Shown: positions 50,435-63,574, numbered from the whole stretch's first letter. The stretch is 63,935 nucleotides of DNA, filler included, from Octopus bimaculoides (GCF_001194135.2; 6 parts of 6 records of this genome joined end to end with filler, not necessarily neighbours in it), one strand, 5' to 3'. Numbers and translations are program-made. Notes: generated from the letters alone by a model not told the origin.

Positions 50435-50482
50435 GTCTCTGATGAAGAGATATCCATAATATCCCAGAAACAGCTGTAAGAC
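50435..50482 (+). ncRNA. Type I hammerhead ribozyme motif, core intact
   Basis: GUCU-CUGAUGA-A-GAGAUA-uccauaa-UAUCCC-A-GAAAC-AGCU-GUA-AGAC. Predicted cleavage after 50478. Confidence 0.78.
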
Positions 50483-52439
50483 TATTTCATTATAAATGTC
50501 CTGAAAAACTCCTCACAGTCTTGGTTTTGTTATCTCATTCTGTATAATGTATGTATNNNNNNNNNNNNNNNNNNNNNNNNNNNNNNNNNNNNNNNNNNNN
50601 TTAATTAATTAANNNNNNNNNNNNNNNNNNNNNNNNNNNNNNNNNNNNNNNNNNNNATATATATATACCGAAGCGTTAGCGCGAAGCAGTGTTTAGGTAT
50701 GGGCAGAATTTAGGCTGGTTGAAATATGTTGGTAACATATTTCAACTGTTAAAAGGAAAATGCACTACAGTTACCGTGGCGAATATGTCTCTCTTATGGT
50801 AAAAATGTACGAAAGCACCCGGTTGGTTCAGTGAAAGCACTCAATTGTTGAGAATCTTTTTAACTTGTGTCTAATATATGTATATATTATATTTCATTTT
50901 CCGTCTACCAATATATGTATGCATATATTTATGTGTGTGTGTCTTTGTGTGTGTGTTTGTCCCACCATCATCGGTTGATAACCAATATTGAAGTGTTAAT
51001 ATTGTAATATTAACAGATTACGATTCTAAATTTTAGTGTTAATCACCAAGGATCTTCTAGAGATTACTTACCGTATATCTCTTCATTTTCAAGGTAGTTA
51101 CCTACTAAATGTTTAAATTTTCTCCAGCAGTTGGACTACTCTTGTGTAACAGCATCAGGCTGCTTTACAAGTGAAGTTATTATGAGGGGACTGTATATGT
51201 GAGCCAAAAATATCGTCCTGTAAACATGTATCTTATACAGTAATTTATTTTCTAAATGTCTTCCGGATTCATAGGGTTACTGATTACCACGTATATACCT
51301 GAAATGATAGATCATTACTAATTACAGTTCTCAAGTATTTTACCTGATCTGACTCTTAAACTCCAGTCAGTCACGCTTTTGTGTCGCCAGGTAGGAGAAC
51401 GGGAGAGTAGTTGAAGTGGTGTACTTCAAAATTTTGCAGTATTCAGTGCTTATTAATTCTGTATTGAACAATGTTTGCTTTAAAAGTCAGATATTCCTGT
51501 CAGCTGCTGGCTTCATTCGATACCCTGTCATGGCTTTATGTCAAAAGACACCTTATGAAAGTGGAGTAGTATAAGGCGAGGGTGAATGAACGATTCCATT
51601 TATTAATTATTTTTTCGCAGGTGGTGGTGGAATGAAAGGTCGTTTAGAACAGACTCCGTATATGACAAATATCTTTGTCCATTTAAATATGATACCATAA
51701 GTTTTCTCGTGTGTCTGCGTGATTGTCACATGCCATGTGATTAATGAGTTAGTAGAAATTCTCCGGAAAACTACGTTTCACAAATTGAATGGATGCTTTC
51801 ATAACCAATATAAAAATGCTTTAGGCTCTATTTAAGAGAACTTCTACAAGAAAGGATGGCGTGTAGAACTTCAGTTAATAAGTAATTGTTTCTATGAACG
51901 CATTCAGTTTTTCTCTGATATTATCCATCATTTGAGAAGCCAGATAGATATGTCTACGTATCAGTGATGGTCACTAAAACGGTGAGTAATATACTAAAAA
52001 TTGAAATGCATATTATTCGGGACTCTCTGAGAGAAAGATTTCTCCCAAAATCATTGAGCATTCTAATGAATCCCAAGTGACATGAGAAGACTAGCAGACG
52101 TATGATTTTACCTCTTGACTGGCTGATAATAGCTCGACCTCGTTCATTTGGCGGTAAGACACAACTTTTGCTGAGATATACAGGAAACAGTGAACTGAAA
52201 ATTTCTTGGTATATGCTGAAGCTTCCCGAACTGGAATTGATATAATACAAGCACAAAGAGTAATAAGGGTTAATAAGTGTATATTAAATCTACCAAACTT
52301 CTACACACAAAAACGGTGGAAAATAACTACTTAGAGTTGATTTGTTCAACTCAACTTTTCACGGCTCTGCTCCAGCATGACCGCAGACCAGTTACTGAAA
52401 CAAGTATGAGAGGCAAGATATACATATAGACGCAGGGAG

Positions 52440-52767
52440 ATGATGTGTGGTAAGTGGTTTGCTTTCCAGCCACATGGTTGCGGGTTCAATTCCACTGCGT
52501 GGCACCTTGGCAAAGTGTGGCATATGTATATATATGTGAATATATATATATATATANNNNNNNNNNNNNNNNNNNNNNNNNNNNNNNNNNNNNNNNNNNN
52601 NNNNNNNNNNNNNNNNNNNNNNNNNNNNNNNNNNNNNNNNNNNNNNNNNNNNNNNNNNNNNNNNNNNNNNNNNNNNNNNNNNNNNNNNNNNNNNNNNNNN
52701 NNNNNNNNNNNNNNNNNNNNNNNNNNNNNNNNNNNNNNNNNNNNNNNNNNNNNNNNNNNNNNNNNNN

Positions 52768-52814
<47 letters not shown>

Positions 52815-53045
52815 GTGAATGTATGTCTTTGTGTCTGTGTTTGTCCCCTACCACTGCTTGACAACTGGTGTTGGTGTGTTTCCGTTAACGTAACTTAGCG
52901 GTTCGGAAAAAAATACCGATAGAATAAGTACCACGCATTAAAAAAAATATGAATACTGGGGCCGATTCGTTGAACAAAAATTCTTTAAGGTGGTGCCCCA
53001 GCATGGCCGCAGTTTGATGACTGAAACAAGTAAAAGAATAAACGA
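52440..53045 (+). mobile_element. Family A SINE split by a gap (head 52440-52520, tail 52830-53045)
   Basis: Box B gggttcaattcc and core ccttggcaaag. The tail ends gactgaaacaagtaaaaga. Confidence 0.85.
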
Positions 53046-54479
53046 ATAAAATAATACATTCACATATACACCCAATACACACGTATCTCGCTTCCTGTCT
53101 CTCCCTTTGTGTGTGTCTGTGTGTACGTACAGGAATGGATGTACGTATGTGTTTCTTCGCTCTAGCGTTCTATTTCTTTTGCGGATTAGTTACTGCAGAA
53201 AAATTATTTCATTAAAATAGAGCACTGCACCAGCAAAAGAATTACTAAATATTTATGAAAAATGGAAATCAATGTAATTGATTGATTTCACCATAATTTT
53301 TTTCTAAAGACCAACTTGTGAAAAAAGTACAAGTGAACTGCACTAAACGAGAAATATATTTACAAATTTATACGATTACTTTTGTACTTTCTTTTTAATC
53401 GTAAACTTATGGCAGCTGGTGGAATCAATATTGTAACCTATTTACCCACTTGGAGAAATAGGTTTTCTGTACACCGGGCGTAGGCGAACCTGCTGCGTTA
53501 AAAGATCGGCTTCATCATTAGGTAATCGTGGGTTCTATGTCATCACGTGACAAGTTCAGTGAGTGCATTCTACTGGTGAGTTCAATCATCTAAAACATAA
53601 ACACACATATACACACTTGAATTTATATAATTATATATATTTTATTCGTTATATGTATGTGTATGTGTGTGTGTCTACGTACGTGCAGGGGTGTTCCTGT
53701 TGGAGGGGTAGACGGTGAGCGTGTAAATATAGATGGATGCGTATGTGTAAATGAGCAGAGTGACGCCAGTGCGTCTATGGGGGAGCTTGTGTCCGTGTGT
53801 ACGTGAGTGAGTCGACATGTATTTATGTGTATATGTGTGTGAATGCGTGGGTGTAGGCGCGCGTGTGATTGAATATATACAGGCGTGCGCGCACACGTAT
53901 ACATATGTATGTGTGTGTGAGTGTCCGTCTGTGTACGTGAGTAGGTGTAGGCAGACAGAAAGTCTAAAGACTAGAATCTGACCATGGTTTCCTGCTTGAC
54001 TGTTCGAGCCATCCATCAAACGCTTATGCACGCTAAAGCCTTTCTGTCAAATGCCATAAACACCTCCTCCATTTACATTAGATTCTTTGTAATTTGTATC
54101 TTTTAGCAACGACTGCTTGACCACAAACATAAACACCCACCCCTACTCATATTAAACGCTTTGTGTTTTTATTCTTTTATTTTATTCCTGACCACATTTT
54201 CCTCACTTTACCAAAAGTGGCCGATCTGCTAGAACTTCGCCATCAGCATAACTTGAAGCGAAAATGAAATGTAAATTTGGGAACTTGTGAAGCATCTTAC
54301 TTCACGTGATGAGGTTCTGTTGCATAGTGCGTTGTATCTGGTGCTATTACATCGTTCCACGCCCACAAGGGAGCAGTGCAGAAAGGAGCCGAAAAGATTG
54401 ACGCGCTAATAAATGCTTCTAGTTATAATCCTTCTTCCGTATTAATCATTTAAAATATACCTTACGTGCAACTTGAAAT

Positions 54480-55140
54480 TCCAGACATAGATCCAACGAC
54501 AAACGTACACTATCGCTGATAGAATCTATTTTTCACAGCAAGTTACAATACAGTCGAGAAATGGATCAGTTTGGTTACGGAGAAGAAGCGACGAGCAAAT
54601 TTCATACCTGCGCATTTTCTGATTTTCATTCAAATCGTGTGGTACTTCTTTGTCAAGATTTTTTTTTCATTTTCCGATCGCATGCAATTGGTTGCAGGCA
54701 GTTTTCTGGCTTACTTAAAGTTCTTTTCTCGGTTCTCGAGTGGCTTTACGTGGATGTTTCTCAATGACGGTCTTTAATGGACTGTCATCGGCGACAGATG
54801 GGCGTCTACGACGCTCACGAACTTCAAAGCTCAAGTCTCCTCTGCGAAATTGTTTAAACCATTTCCGAGCTGACCACTCACTGGTCATTTCCTCGCCGAA
54901 CATTTCGTTGATATAACGAGCAGTTTCAGCTGCTTTAGGTCCTTTTTGGAAGTTGAATAGCAAAATTGCTCGAATATCGCGCTTTGAGATTTCCATTTCA
55001 GCCGATTGTAACAACTGTGAAAAAACATCAATGTTAATTTATTGATGCATTTGAGCAAGACCATATCTGTATTGTGAGACAATTAAAAAAAAATAATGTT
55101 AAAAAAATTCAAACTGTTCGTGGTTCAAAATGTTGCCTCG
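54480..55140 (-). mobile_element. Mariner transposon 5' half (HTH plus start of the DDD domain)
   Basis: TA|CGAGG terminus at 55140. MEISKRDIRAILLFNFQKGPKAAETARYINEMFGE...ARKWFKQFRRGD, then RYEICSSLLLRNQTDPFLDCIVTC.EK* after frameshifts. Confidence 0.93.
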
Positions 55141-55426
55141 TATGTTCCATGCTAATTGCATTATGCATGGTTGTTGATACTTTGCAAGACGGGAAAAAGA
55201 TATATATTTGAAGCTGTAATATCAATTGTTGTATTTCCGTGGAACACTGATGAGGTAAGCTGTATCATTTGCATAAAATTTCTACAGCTGTTATGTTAGT
55301 TTTTCTGTATTTTACTGAAACACTTGCATGCCTTATAAAGCATTGAATACCATACTTACTTTCTACACATTTTTATTACTTTTATTGTTATTTATATCTT
55401 TCTCTCTTTGTCTTACTACACACACA

Positions 55427-55465
<39 letters not shown>

Positions 55466-57269
55466 ACACACACAGACACACACACACGCACTCACTCAAA
55501 CACACACGTGATGTAGCTTCACCAATTTTTAAACAGCTGCTTTTACTTTGGTGATCAATAATTAGATCTATTTACAATTCAAAAAATATATGGAATATAA
55601 ATAAATTGCAGCTCTTTTCTATATAAGGTATGTTTAAACACTTAAATAGTAAAGCAGCGTAATGCATTGTTTGGTTGAATCAATTGTGCCAATCAAACAG
55701 TATTTAAGACCAACTTAAAGCACTTAATGTTTTATTCAATAACTTATCACGTGAAATAGTACATTTGTATGTCGTTACTCATGATTATAATTCTCTAAAA
55801 TTCTACTAGTGAAATGACTTATACACAGAACAGAATATACATATTTCTTGAACAATATATTTCTCCCTCATATTTTCTCCCTACTTCTATCCCTTAATTC
55901 AGTAAATTTCTTGGATTTACTCCATTTAATACTCATTCTAATAATTATTTTACGTATCCTCACATTGGTATTATGCTGGTCAATACTGTATTTGGTTATT
56001 TGCTTTTTTTTGAAGAATTCCTCGGATACTATTGCAATGTGCTTCAGGTTCTCGCCCAGTGGAAAACCCAGCGAAGGATCAGATGATTCTTAATTTTCGT
56101 TGTTTAAACTTCTGTAATATGTCAAGAAGGGTTATTCTCCCCTGATGCACTAATCTGAAACTCAGAACTTTCGGACCAAAAACGCTGCTGTAAAACACCT
56201 TTATTTTCATTATTTTAAACAATCATCTTCATATATCATGGGTGAGTTTTTTTACCTCTTCGATATCGGCCATATTTACGTCCACCAGATTAAGGAAATT
56301 TATATCCCAGCTCATTAGGCTGCTATGTTTTCTTTCAGACTGAAGATATTTAACAATTATACCAGCATTATACATTTTAATAATAGTTTTTATACATCTG
56401 AAATAAAAGTGATTTTCCTTATGTTAGTATCACGTGAAATCTATGCCACAGAAATCATTTTAAAATTGACATATATACATTCCTTAACAGAATCATATCC
56501 CGGAGATATTGTAGTAAACGAGTATAATGGAAGTCTCTGGCATATAACAGTAGATAGAGATAATGACATGAAAATGTGTAATAAGCGATATGATTGTTGT
56601 ATAGTAATTTATGTTGCTTGCCAGTTAGGGAAACCACATAAATTACTTTGCAATATAACAATATCCCGGTGAAGGAAAGAGATTGAACTAGCAGACTGTG
56701 GAATATGGACACATGAATATTCCCAATCATCATAAAATGCTTGAGAAGTTTGAGAGAAAAGTACGAAAGAAGAAACCTAAAAAGTGACAAGCGAGATCAT
56801 CTATTGATGTACAGAGAAAAAAAGGCCCAGAGGAAGTGTCTATGTTTTGTGGAAAGCACCACGTATGTAATGAAAAATATAAACATCTACAATAGAGCCA
56901 ATAACACTTTTGATTTGCAGAAATAATAACTGTTAACAGGGAATCTCTGATTGTGAACTGAATTCTCATTTGGGTGTAAAGTTACACGAATTCAATGTTA
57001 GGATGTTGTTACATATAGTAGATGAATTCCAAATGTGAAGATAAACGGAAGGAAATCTGAAATATAGCCAGCACATGCAAAAGCATAAATGAATGTGTAC
57101 ACATATTCGTATTATTAAGACTAAAACGTGGATTACTCAGATAAGCCACAGCTTACTCCTACATTCACCTTCGCATTCATAAAATTACACTATAAAGGGT
57201 CAATCTTATAGGAATACAAAACAACACAATATGTGTATTCATCTATCTATCTCACTTTGTATATATATA

Positions 57270-57480
57270 TATATATACTCTTTTACTGTTTTACTTGTTT
57301 CAGTCATTTGACTGCGACCATGCTGAAGCACCGCCTTTACTCGAGTAAATCGACCCCAGGACGTATTCTTTGTAAGCCTAGTACTTATTCTATCGGGCTC
57401 TTTTGCCGAGCCGCTAGGTGACGGGGACGTATGCACACCAGCATCTGTTGTCAAGCGATGTTGGGGGGGGGACAAACACA
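57270..57480 (-). mobile_element. Family A SINE tail
   Basis: Reverse-complement tail match. Confidence 0.88.
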
Positions 57481-57989
57481 CACACACACACACACCACAC
57501 ACACACATATGTATATATATGTATGTATGTATACTAAACAGAATTTTCTTCAAGGAGAGTTGCATGTTTTGTTAGAGAATTGGCACTGTCGCAGAATAAA
57601 GCCGAACTTGTAGCATGTTATCTGTTCGAAAACTATCTGCTTAAAAATGGCCTTTGTATTACTCGTTTCAGAATGAGGAGTAGGCATCTGCTTTGTTACC
57701 GCCTTGTGGATGAGGCCCCTATGATTCTGTTATAACACCAATGTGTTATTTTGTTGACGTGTTTCGTGTGCACTGTGCTTACTCATGGATTCATTCGAGA
57801 CAAGTCTGAAGGTAGTACTTTTACATAGCAGCAATAAAATCCGCCCTTTACTATATGACACTCATTGAACATGATCAACTCATTGAATATGCAGGCAGAT
57901 ACTCCTCGATGCCGTAAAGTATACACACTTCACCTGAGAAGTATATAGAGGTTTAAGGTGACTGGAATGTTGATGAGAATGCAATCTCA

Positions 57990-58640
57990 CGAAATATAGT
58001 TTCTTTTTATGCCTATGGAACCGTGGTGCAACTGCCAAGCGCTGTGTGCTGTGAGTGGCCACAGCTTAAATCATGAACCTGGGATTTCTAGCATTTAGAG
58101 TAAGTCACATGTAATTCCAGAAAAGATTCTTCTCCTCACTTGTCAATTAAGTGTGGCATCTTTAAACAATTCTCAGGAAATGTTCAGAAAGTTTCAAATA
58201 TGCGAAGGCTATGTTTCCAAAAATAATATGAAGGAAGGTGTATTCGTAGGTCATCACATAAAAGAATTCGTGAAGGACACCAACTTACTAACACAACAGA
58301 CTGAGTTTAAAGCCTTCCAAGTCCTTTAAATGGCTGTGAATATTTGCTGAGAAACAACAAATCTCGAGAGTTTATAAATGACTTGAATTATCTTCTAGAC
58401 TTATATGCTGTAGTGGGCTGTCAGATGTCACTGAAAATCCATTTCCCTGAGTCACATTTAAGTTTTTTGCTGAGAGTCTTGGAGCAGGTTCTGATGGGTA
58501 AAGAGAATGCTTTCATGAATATTTGCGTCAATGGAGTAACGATATCAAGGATTTATGAATGAATGGATATAAGCTGAGTGCTATTTTATGTTAGACAGCA
58601 ATGGACCTGAGTAAAATTAGTATGAAAGCTTCAAATCCCA
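57990..58640 (+). mobile_element. CMC/Chapaev3-like transposase remnant
   Basis: PEKILL..IK.G.FKQF, KEGVFVG..I, GCQMSLKIHF.ESHL, ME*RYQG. Superfamily assigned from memory of this motif set. Confidence 0.65.
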
Positions 58641-61600
58641 AAGATTCTAAGTTGTAATTTAATGGATCGCTTCTAATTTCGTTTTCTACACAATAATTTC
58701 AATTTTGTACATTATACATTGTAAAAAACAAACTTCAAAAAACCAAAAAAAGAACACGAAAGTGTTACATCATTCTATTCATTATACCTTCTACGGATGT
58801 GCTTTACATACACTAAGTAAAAGCATGAGATATCGGTAACAATTAAGTGTAACCAGTTAGAGAACAACTGCCTTCAGATCAGCATCAGAAATTACTATAA
58901 AAGAAATAGTTTGCAATTCTGTTGATTGAAAAATGTTTCATTTTGTTGTGTAGTATAATGATATCGATAATAATATTTCGGCTGTCAAGAATGAGAAAGT
59001 TAATAAGGATGAAAGTAGAGTAGTCTAGTTTCCAAGCAACCTTTTCCCAGAATCCTGATACGAGGTCAAACCCCGAAATACTGAAATGCCAAGTAAAATT
59101 ATTAACCATCGATTGTATTATTTTTATTTTTTAATTATGCACAGTGTGTGTGTGTGTCGTGTATGTGAGTCTGTGTGTGTATGTGTGTGCTTGTGTGTGT
59201 GTTTGTATGTATATTTTTTATATAATTTTTTTATATATTTGTATGCATGTATTAAAGTGCTATGATGAATAGTCTGCTATGCTATTTTTCAATTTCAAAA
59301 CAATCACATGTCAGCCCAGTTAGCAAACTATTGGAATTCTAACAAACACACACATATACATACATACGTATATAAATACATATATGCATGCATAAACACA
59401 CACACACACACACGTACACATGAAAAGAGAGAGGTATGTTTGTCTGTTAGAAACAGCTTCTACTGTAGTCATCTATATACTTCCGAGAGTTTTATAAACG
59501 TTTTTTTTATCCACTTTCTTAGTAGTCCTTCATGTTATTTTCTTCTTTTGTAAGTCAATTCTTTGGTTCCGCCCATGTTTCAAGACATTTCCCGTGTTAT
59601 CCTCTGGCGAGATGAAACGATATTAGCGCCAACTATTATTGCCTTTTTTTATAGACATTTTTTAATAGTTTGTTTCTCATTCGTTATCATTGATGTATGT
59701 TTCTTATTCAGATTGTTGACATCTTCTGTCTTTCGGCAATCACGGAATAATGTTGACGTGATGTTTGTTCTTATTTTCTTGCTAAGATTAACTTCCATAA
59801 TAAATCTTCAAGTTTTTACTTTCTGCTCGACAAAATATAGTTGTTTTATCAACTGATGTTTGATTGATATTGTATAATATATTGCATTACAATGTCTTCT
59901 TTTTGAACGAGAAATATATTAAGAGAAATGTACAATTAAAATCTAATCTTGGTTGCAAGCCATACTATAAAGCATGCAAGATCGATGACCTTTAGTTTAC
60001 GAATTCAGATGTAAACTCGGATCACTACACTTCATGTTATTAATTCATACATTGGTCACATACCCTACGACACTTTTGTTTGTATAATATACTAATATAC
60101 TAATCACTACTGAAGCATGCCGATGCCCGATTATATGTAATGGGTTTATGTCTACTAATCCACTCTAGATAATTATGTATTCAACTGTGTCATAGCATGT
60201 TCAGGTGATTATCTCCAGATTTTGTTATCGTGGTGAAATTTGAACGAAACAATTGGAGTAAATACTAGAAACCAACATGTCCAACGGTGCAATAATGTCG
60301 GCAGTTCATCGCTTTAGACTAGTATTTTATTTATCGTTCCATAACGATTACAAAATAAGTAAAAGACGTCTTTAATTGAATTTTCGTGAAATGAATCGGA
60401 ACCAAAACTGCATGTGTGTTTATTCGACTTTCTAATGACTCGGCCTGTTCAGAGTTCGGTGACTGAGAAGAGATAACATAAACCATTATTATGCATTAAC
60501 TCACATAATGTAGACATTAAATGATGATACGTTCTGATCAGACAAAACGTAAAGCTATTCTGGTAAAAATAGAAAGATCTGAATAAATACATCTGCTGCC
60601 CAGCAAAGTAAATGAATGGATTTCTAAAGGCGTTAGTAATTCATCAGGCTTGTTTCAAAAGTTTGACTAAGTTTTTACAATTTGTTATTCTGTAAATAGT
60701 GCATTCCAGATCTGCTGACTTTTCAATTAGAAAGCGGAGACGAGTTTTTCATTGTTGCATTTAATTTGTTGCTAATAGTATCTGCCACTTCCATCTCATA
60801 ATAGAAGTTTTACCGTTGTCTTCGACGATGGAATTTGACTTGGTTTACACGGATAAGAAATATCACTTTGTAGCACATGTAATACTGCATATTACTATAG
60901 CTCACCTTCGATAATGTTTACAATACAAATGTTAATGTATGCTATTTTTTTTTAGTTCCAATGCTCGTAGAGAAGATCTATAATAAAAGTCATTCCAGTT
61001 GTGACCTAGATGCTTTTCACGCTGTCATGAAATTTCCTTCGACATAATTATCCAGTAGGTATTATTTTTTTTATTTAAGGCACCAAAGAGTGAGTTAAAG
61101 CGGAACGATTACATAGCCTTTATTCCACTGGCGACAGAAGTGTTTAATCAAATTGTCATCAAACCTGAAATATAAGAAACAGAAGACGAGAATCGTCAAA
61201 CTCTATTAATTTTACAATTTGGTTCCAACTATGCAACTCACTAAGACGAAGATATGACGAGTCGATGAGGGAGCATAAATGCCCAGCAACAACGAAAAAG
61301 GGATGTTTCCCGAAACTAATCATTATTATGTAAAACAAAAGCAGAAGAAATTCAATATTGTGGTTACAGTTAATGGAAAAGTTGAGGTGAACACAGCTGT
61401 AATTTTTTTCTTTATGCCTCATAGAGCTGATCTGAGTGTAAATACTAACAGGTTCAATAACAAAACACATTGAAAACAATCCACATGTTCATCTTTACCC
61501 TGAAATTTCACGATCCGTGAAACCTGATTGTTCTCTCTTTATTATTGTCCATATTTTTCATTATTTTATTTCTATACTGATGCAAGCATTTGAGGTGAGG

Positions 61601-61674
61601 AATGTGATAGTTACCTGTCCCTCTCCAAATGTAGTAGTATTAGCTGTAGCAGCATCATCATCATCAGCAGCAGA

Positions 61675-61900
61675 ATTCTTTTATTCTCTTACTTGTTTCA
61701 GTCATTTGACTGCGGCGATGCTGGAGCACCACCTTTTAAGTCAAAACAATTGATTCGTGGACTTATTCTTTGTAAGCCTCGTACTTATTCTATCGGTCTC
61801 TTTTGCCGAAGCGCTGAGTTAGAAGTAGAAGCTTTTATCTGATATCTTTTACATCAGACAATAATCTGACTACGTTACAGAGACATAAACAAAACAGCAT
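61675..61900 (-). mobile_element. Family A SINE tail
   Basis: Reverse-complement tail match with a small internal insertion. Confidence 0.85.
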
Positions 61901-62000
61901 NNNNNNNNNNNNNNNNNNNNNNNNNNNNNNNNNNNNNNNNNNNNTTAATTAATTAANNNNNNNNNNNNNNNNNNNNNNNNNNNNNNNNNNNNNNNNNNNN

Positions 62001-62063
<63 letters not shown>

Positions 62064-62234
62064 ACACACACATACACACATGTTTGTGTATGTCTGCATA
62101 ATGTTCATGTATGTACGTAGCGGGTGCATGCGTTTGGACAGTAAATGTGCGCAAAGGCTAGTTACATGCCAATAACCACACACCGAGTGTGATAAACACG
62201 CAGACACTCATGCTCTCTCTCTCTCTCTCTCTCT

Positions 62235-62280
<46 letters not shown>

Positions 62281-62617
62281 CACACACAGACGTACACAGT
62301 CAAACACCTGTGCACATATGAATATCTATATAGATTTATACATACATAGATATATGCATACATACGTGCTCATCTGTGTGTGTGTATTTGTGCGTGAATA
62401 ATATAATATATAATATAATATGCACAGTTGTACAGGCTTATACATACATGTGTATTAATGTTACTTTTTATGATATGTAATACACACACACACACAAAAA
62501 GAAGACATATATTAACATTAAACCGAAGGGTTACTCAATATTTTTTTTTGCAGACGACATGTTTATCAAAGTTTTAAACTTCTGCAATCCGAAGTTTCAG
62601 CTATTTCGCCTTCGTTC

Positions 62618-62648
<31 letters not shown>

Positions 62649-62754
62649 TGCAAATACATACACACAAACACAAACACACACACAAACAAGCAAACACACA
62701 AACACGCAAACACACACACACAAACACACGCACACACAGCTTATATATTCTTTA

Positions 62755-62950
62755 TTCTTTTTTTTTCTTTTACTTGCTTCCGTCGTTTTGACTGTGGCCA
62801 TACTGCAGCAACTCCTTTTAGTCGAACAAATCGACTCCCAGGACTTATTCTATCGGGTCCTTTCGTCTAACCGCTGCGTTACGAGCACGTAAACACACCA
62901 AGATCGGTTGTCAAGCAACCGTGGGGGGGGGGACAAACACAGACACGAAA
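62755..62950 (-). mobile_element. Family A SINE tail
   Basis: Reverse-complement tail match. Confidence 0.85.
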
Positions 62951-63084
62951 ACACATAATATATATATACATACACACACATATATATATGTGTGTATGTA
63001 TTATAAAAGGAATATATAAGCTGATTATGTCATTCACACATTTAAACTTCACACGTAATATTGGTCTCAAGTTTTAGCACGAGG

Positions 63085-63280
63085 CCAGCAATTTCAGGAG
63101 AAGGGAGGGGGATAATCGATTACATCGACCCAGTGTTTTACTGGTACTTAATCTATCGACTCCGAAAGGATGAAAAGGCAAAGTCGACCTGAGAGGAATT
63201 TGAACTCAACGTTGCGACAGGCGAAGTACCACCAAGCACTTTGTCAAGCATGCTAACGCTTTTGCCAGATCGCGTCCTTA
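63085..63280 (-). mobile_element. SINE family B
   Basis: Reverse-complement match to family B. Confidence 0.82.
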
Positions 63281-63364
63281 CGTCAAATAGAATATTATAC
63301 GAAAAAAAAAAAAGGTAAAACAAAATGAAAGACGAAACAAAAAAGTATTATGCTTAACATATAG

Positions 63365-63540
63365 GCGCATGCGTGGCTGTGTGGCAGGAAGCTTGCTTCC
63401 CAACCATCTGGTCCCCGGTTCAATCCCACTGCATGGCACCTTGGGCAAGTATCTTCTACTATAGACTCGGGCTGACCAAAGCCTTGTGACTGGATTTGGT
63501 TAAAAGAAACTGAAAGAAGCCTGTCGTATATGCGTATATG
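63365..63540 (+). mobile_element. Family A SINE head and core
   Basis: gtggctgtgtgg box A, ggttcaatccc box B, ccttgggcaagt core. Confidence 0.9.
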
Positions 63541-63574
63541 TGTGTGCGCGTGTGTGTTTGTGTATATAAGTGCA

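Larger units (their letters stand above)
50006..50550. mobile_element. Inverted pair of Penelope-like terminal repeats
   Basis: About 165-bp arms (50006-50168 and 50388-50550) in opposite orientation, with a spacer of about 220 bp. Confidence 0.85.

Noticed and set aside
51621-51700. Strong plus-strand acceptor ttttttcgCAG, and a similar candidate exon at about 53417-53520
   Set aside because: Frames close early or encode nothing recognisable.
51954-52256. 100-aa minus-strand ORF with a hydrophobic end (GPCR- or iGluR-like at a glance)
   Set aside because: No diagnostic motif. Hydrophobicity is expected from T-rich DNA.
3414-52898. All long ORFs in the track (for example 39091-40785, 25174-26454)
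   Set aside because: They are open only because they cross N gaps or (AT)n/(CA)n microsatellites.
60620-60660. Other CTGATGA heptamers (about 1487, 9842, 36539, 43808, 55247, 60643)
   Set aside because: No stem II/GAAA/stem III arrangement follows.
15836-62000. Five identical TTAATTAATTAA motifs (15880, 33341, 38020, 50601, 61945)
   Set aside because: Each is centred in exactly 44N+12+44N. This is an artificial six-frame-stop scaffold linker, and contiguity across these joins is unproven.
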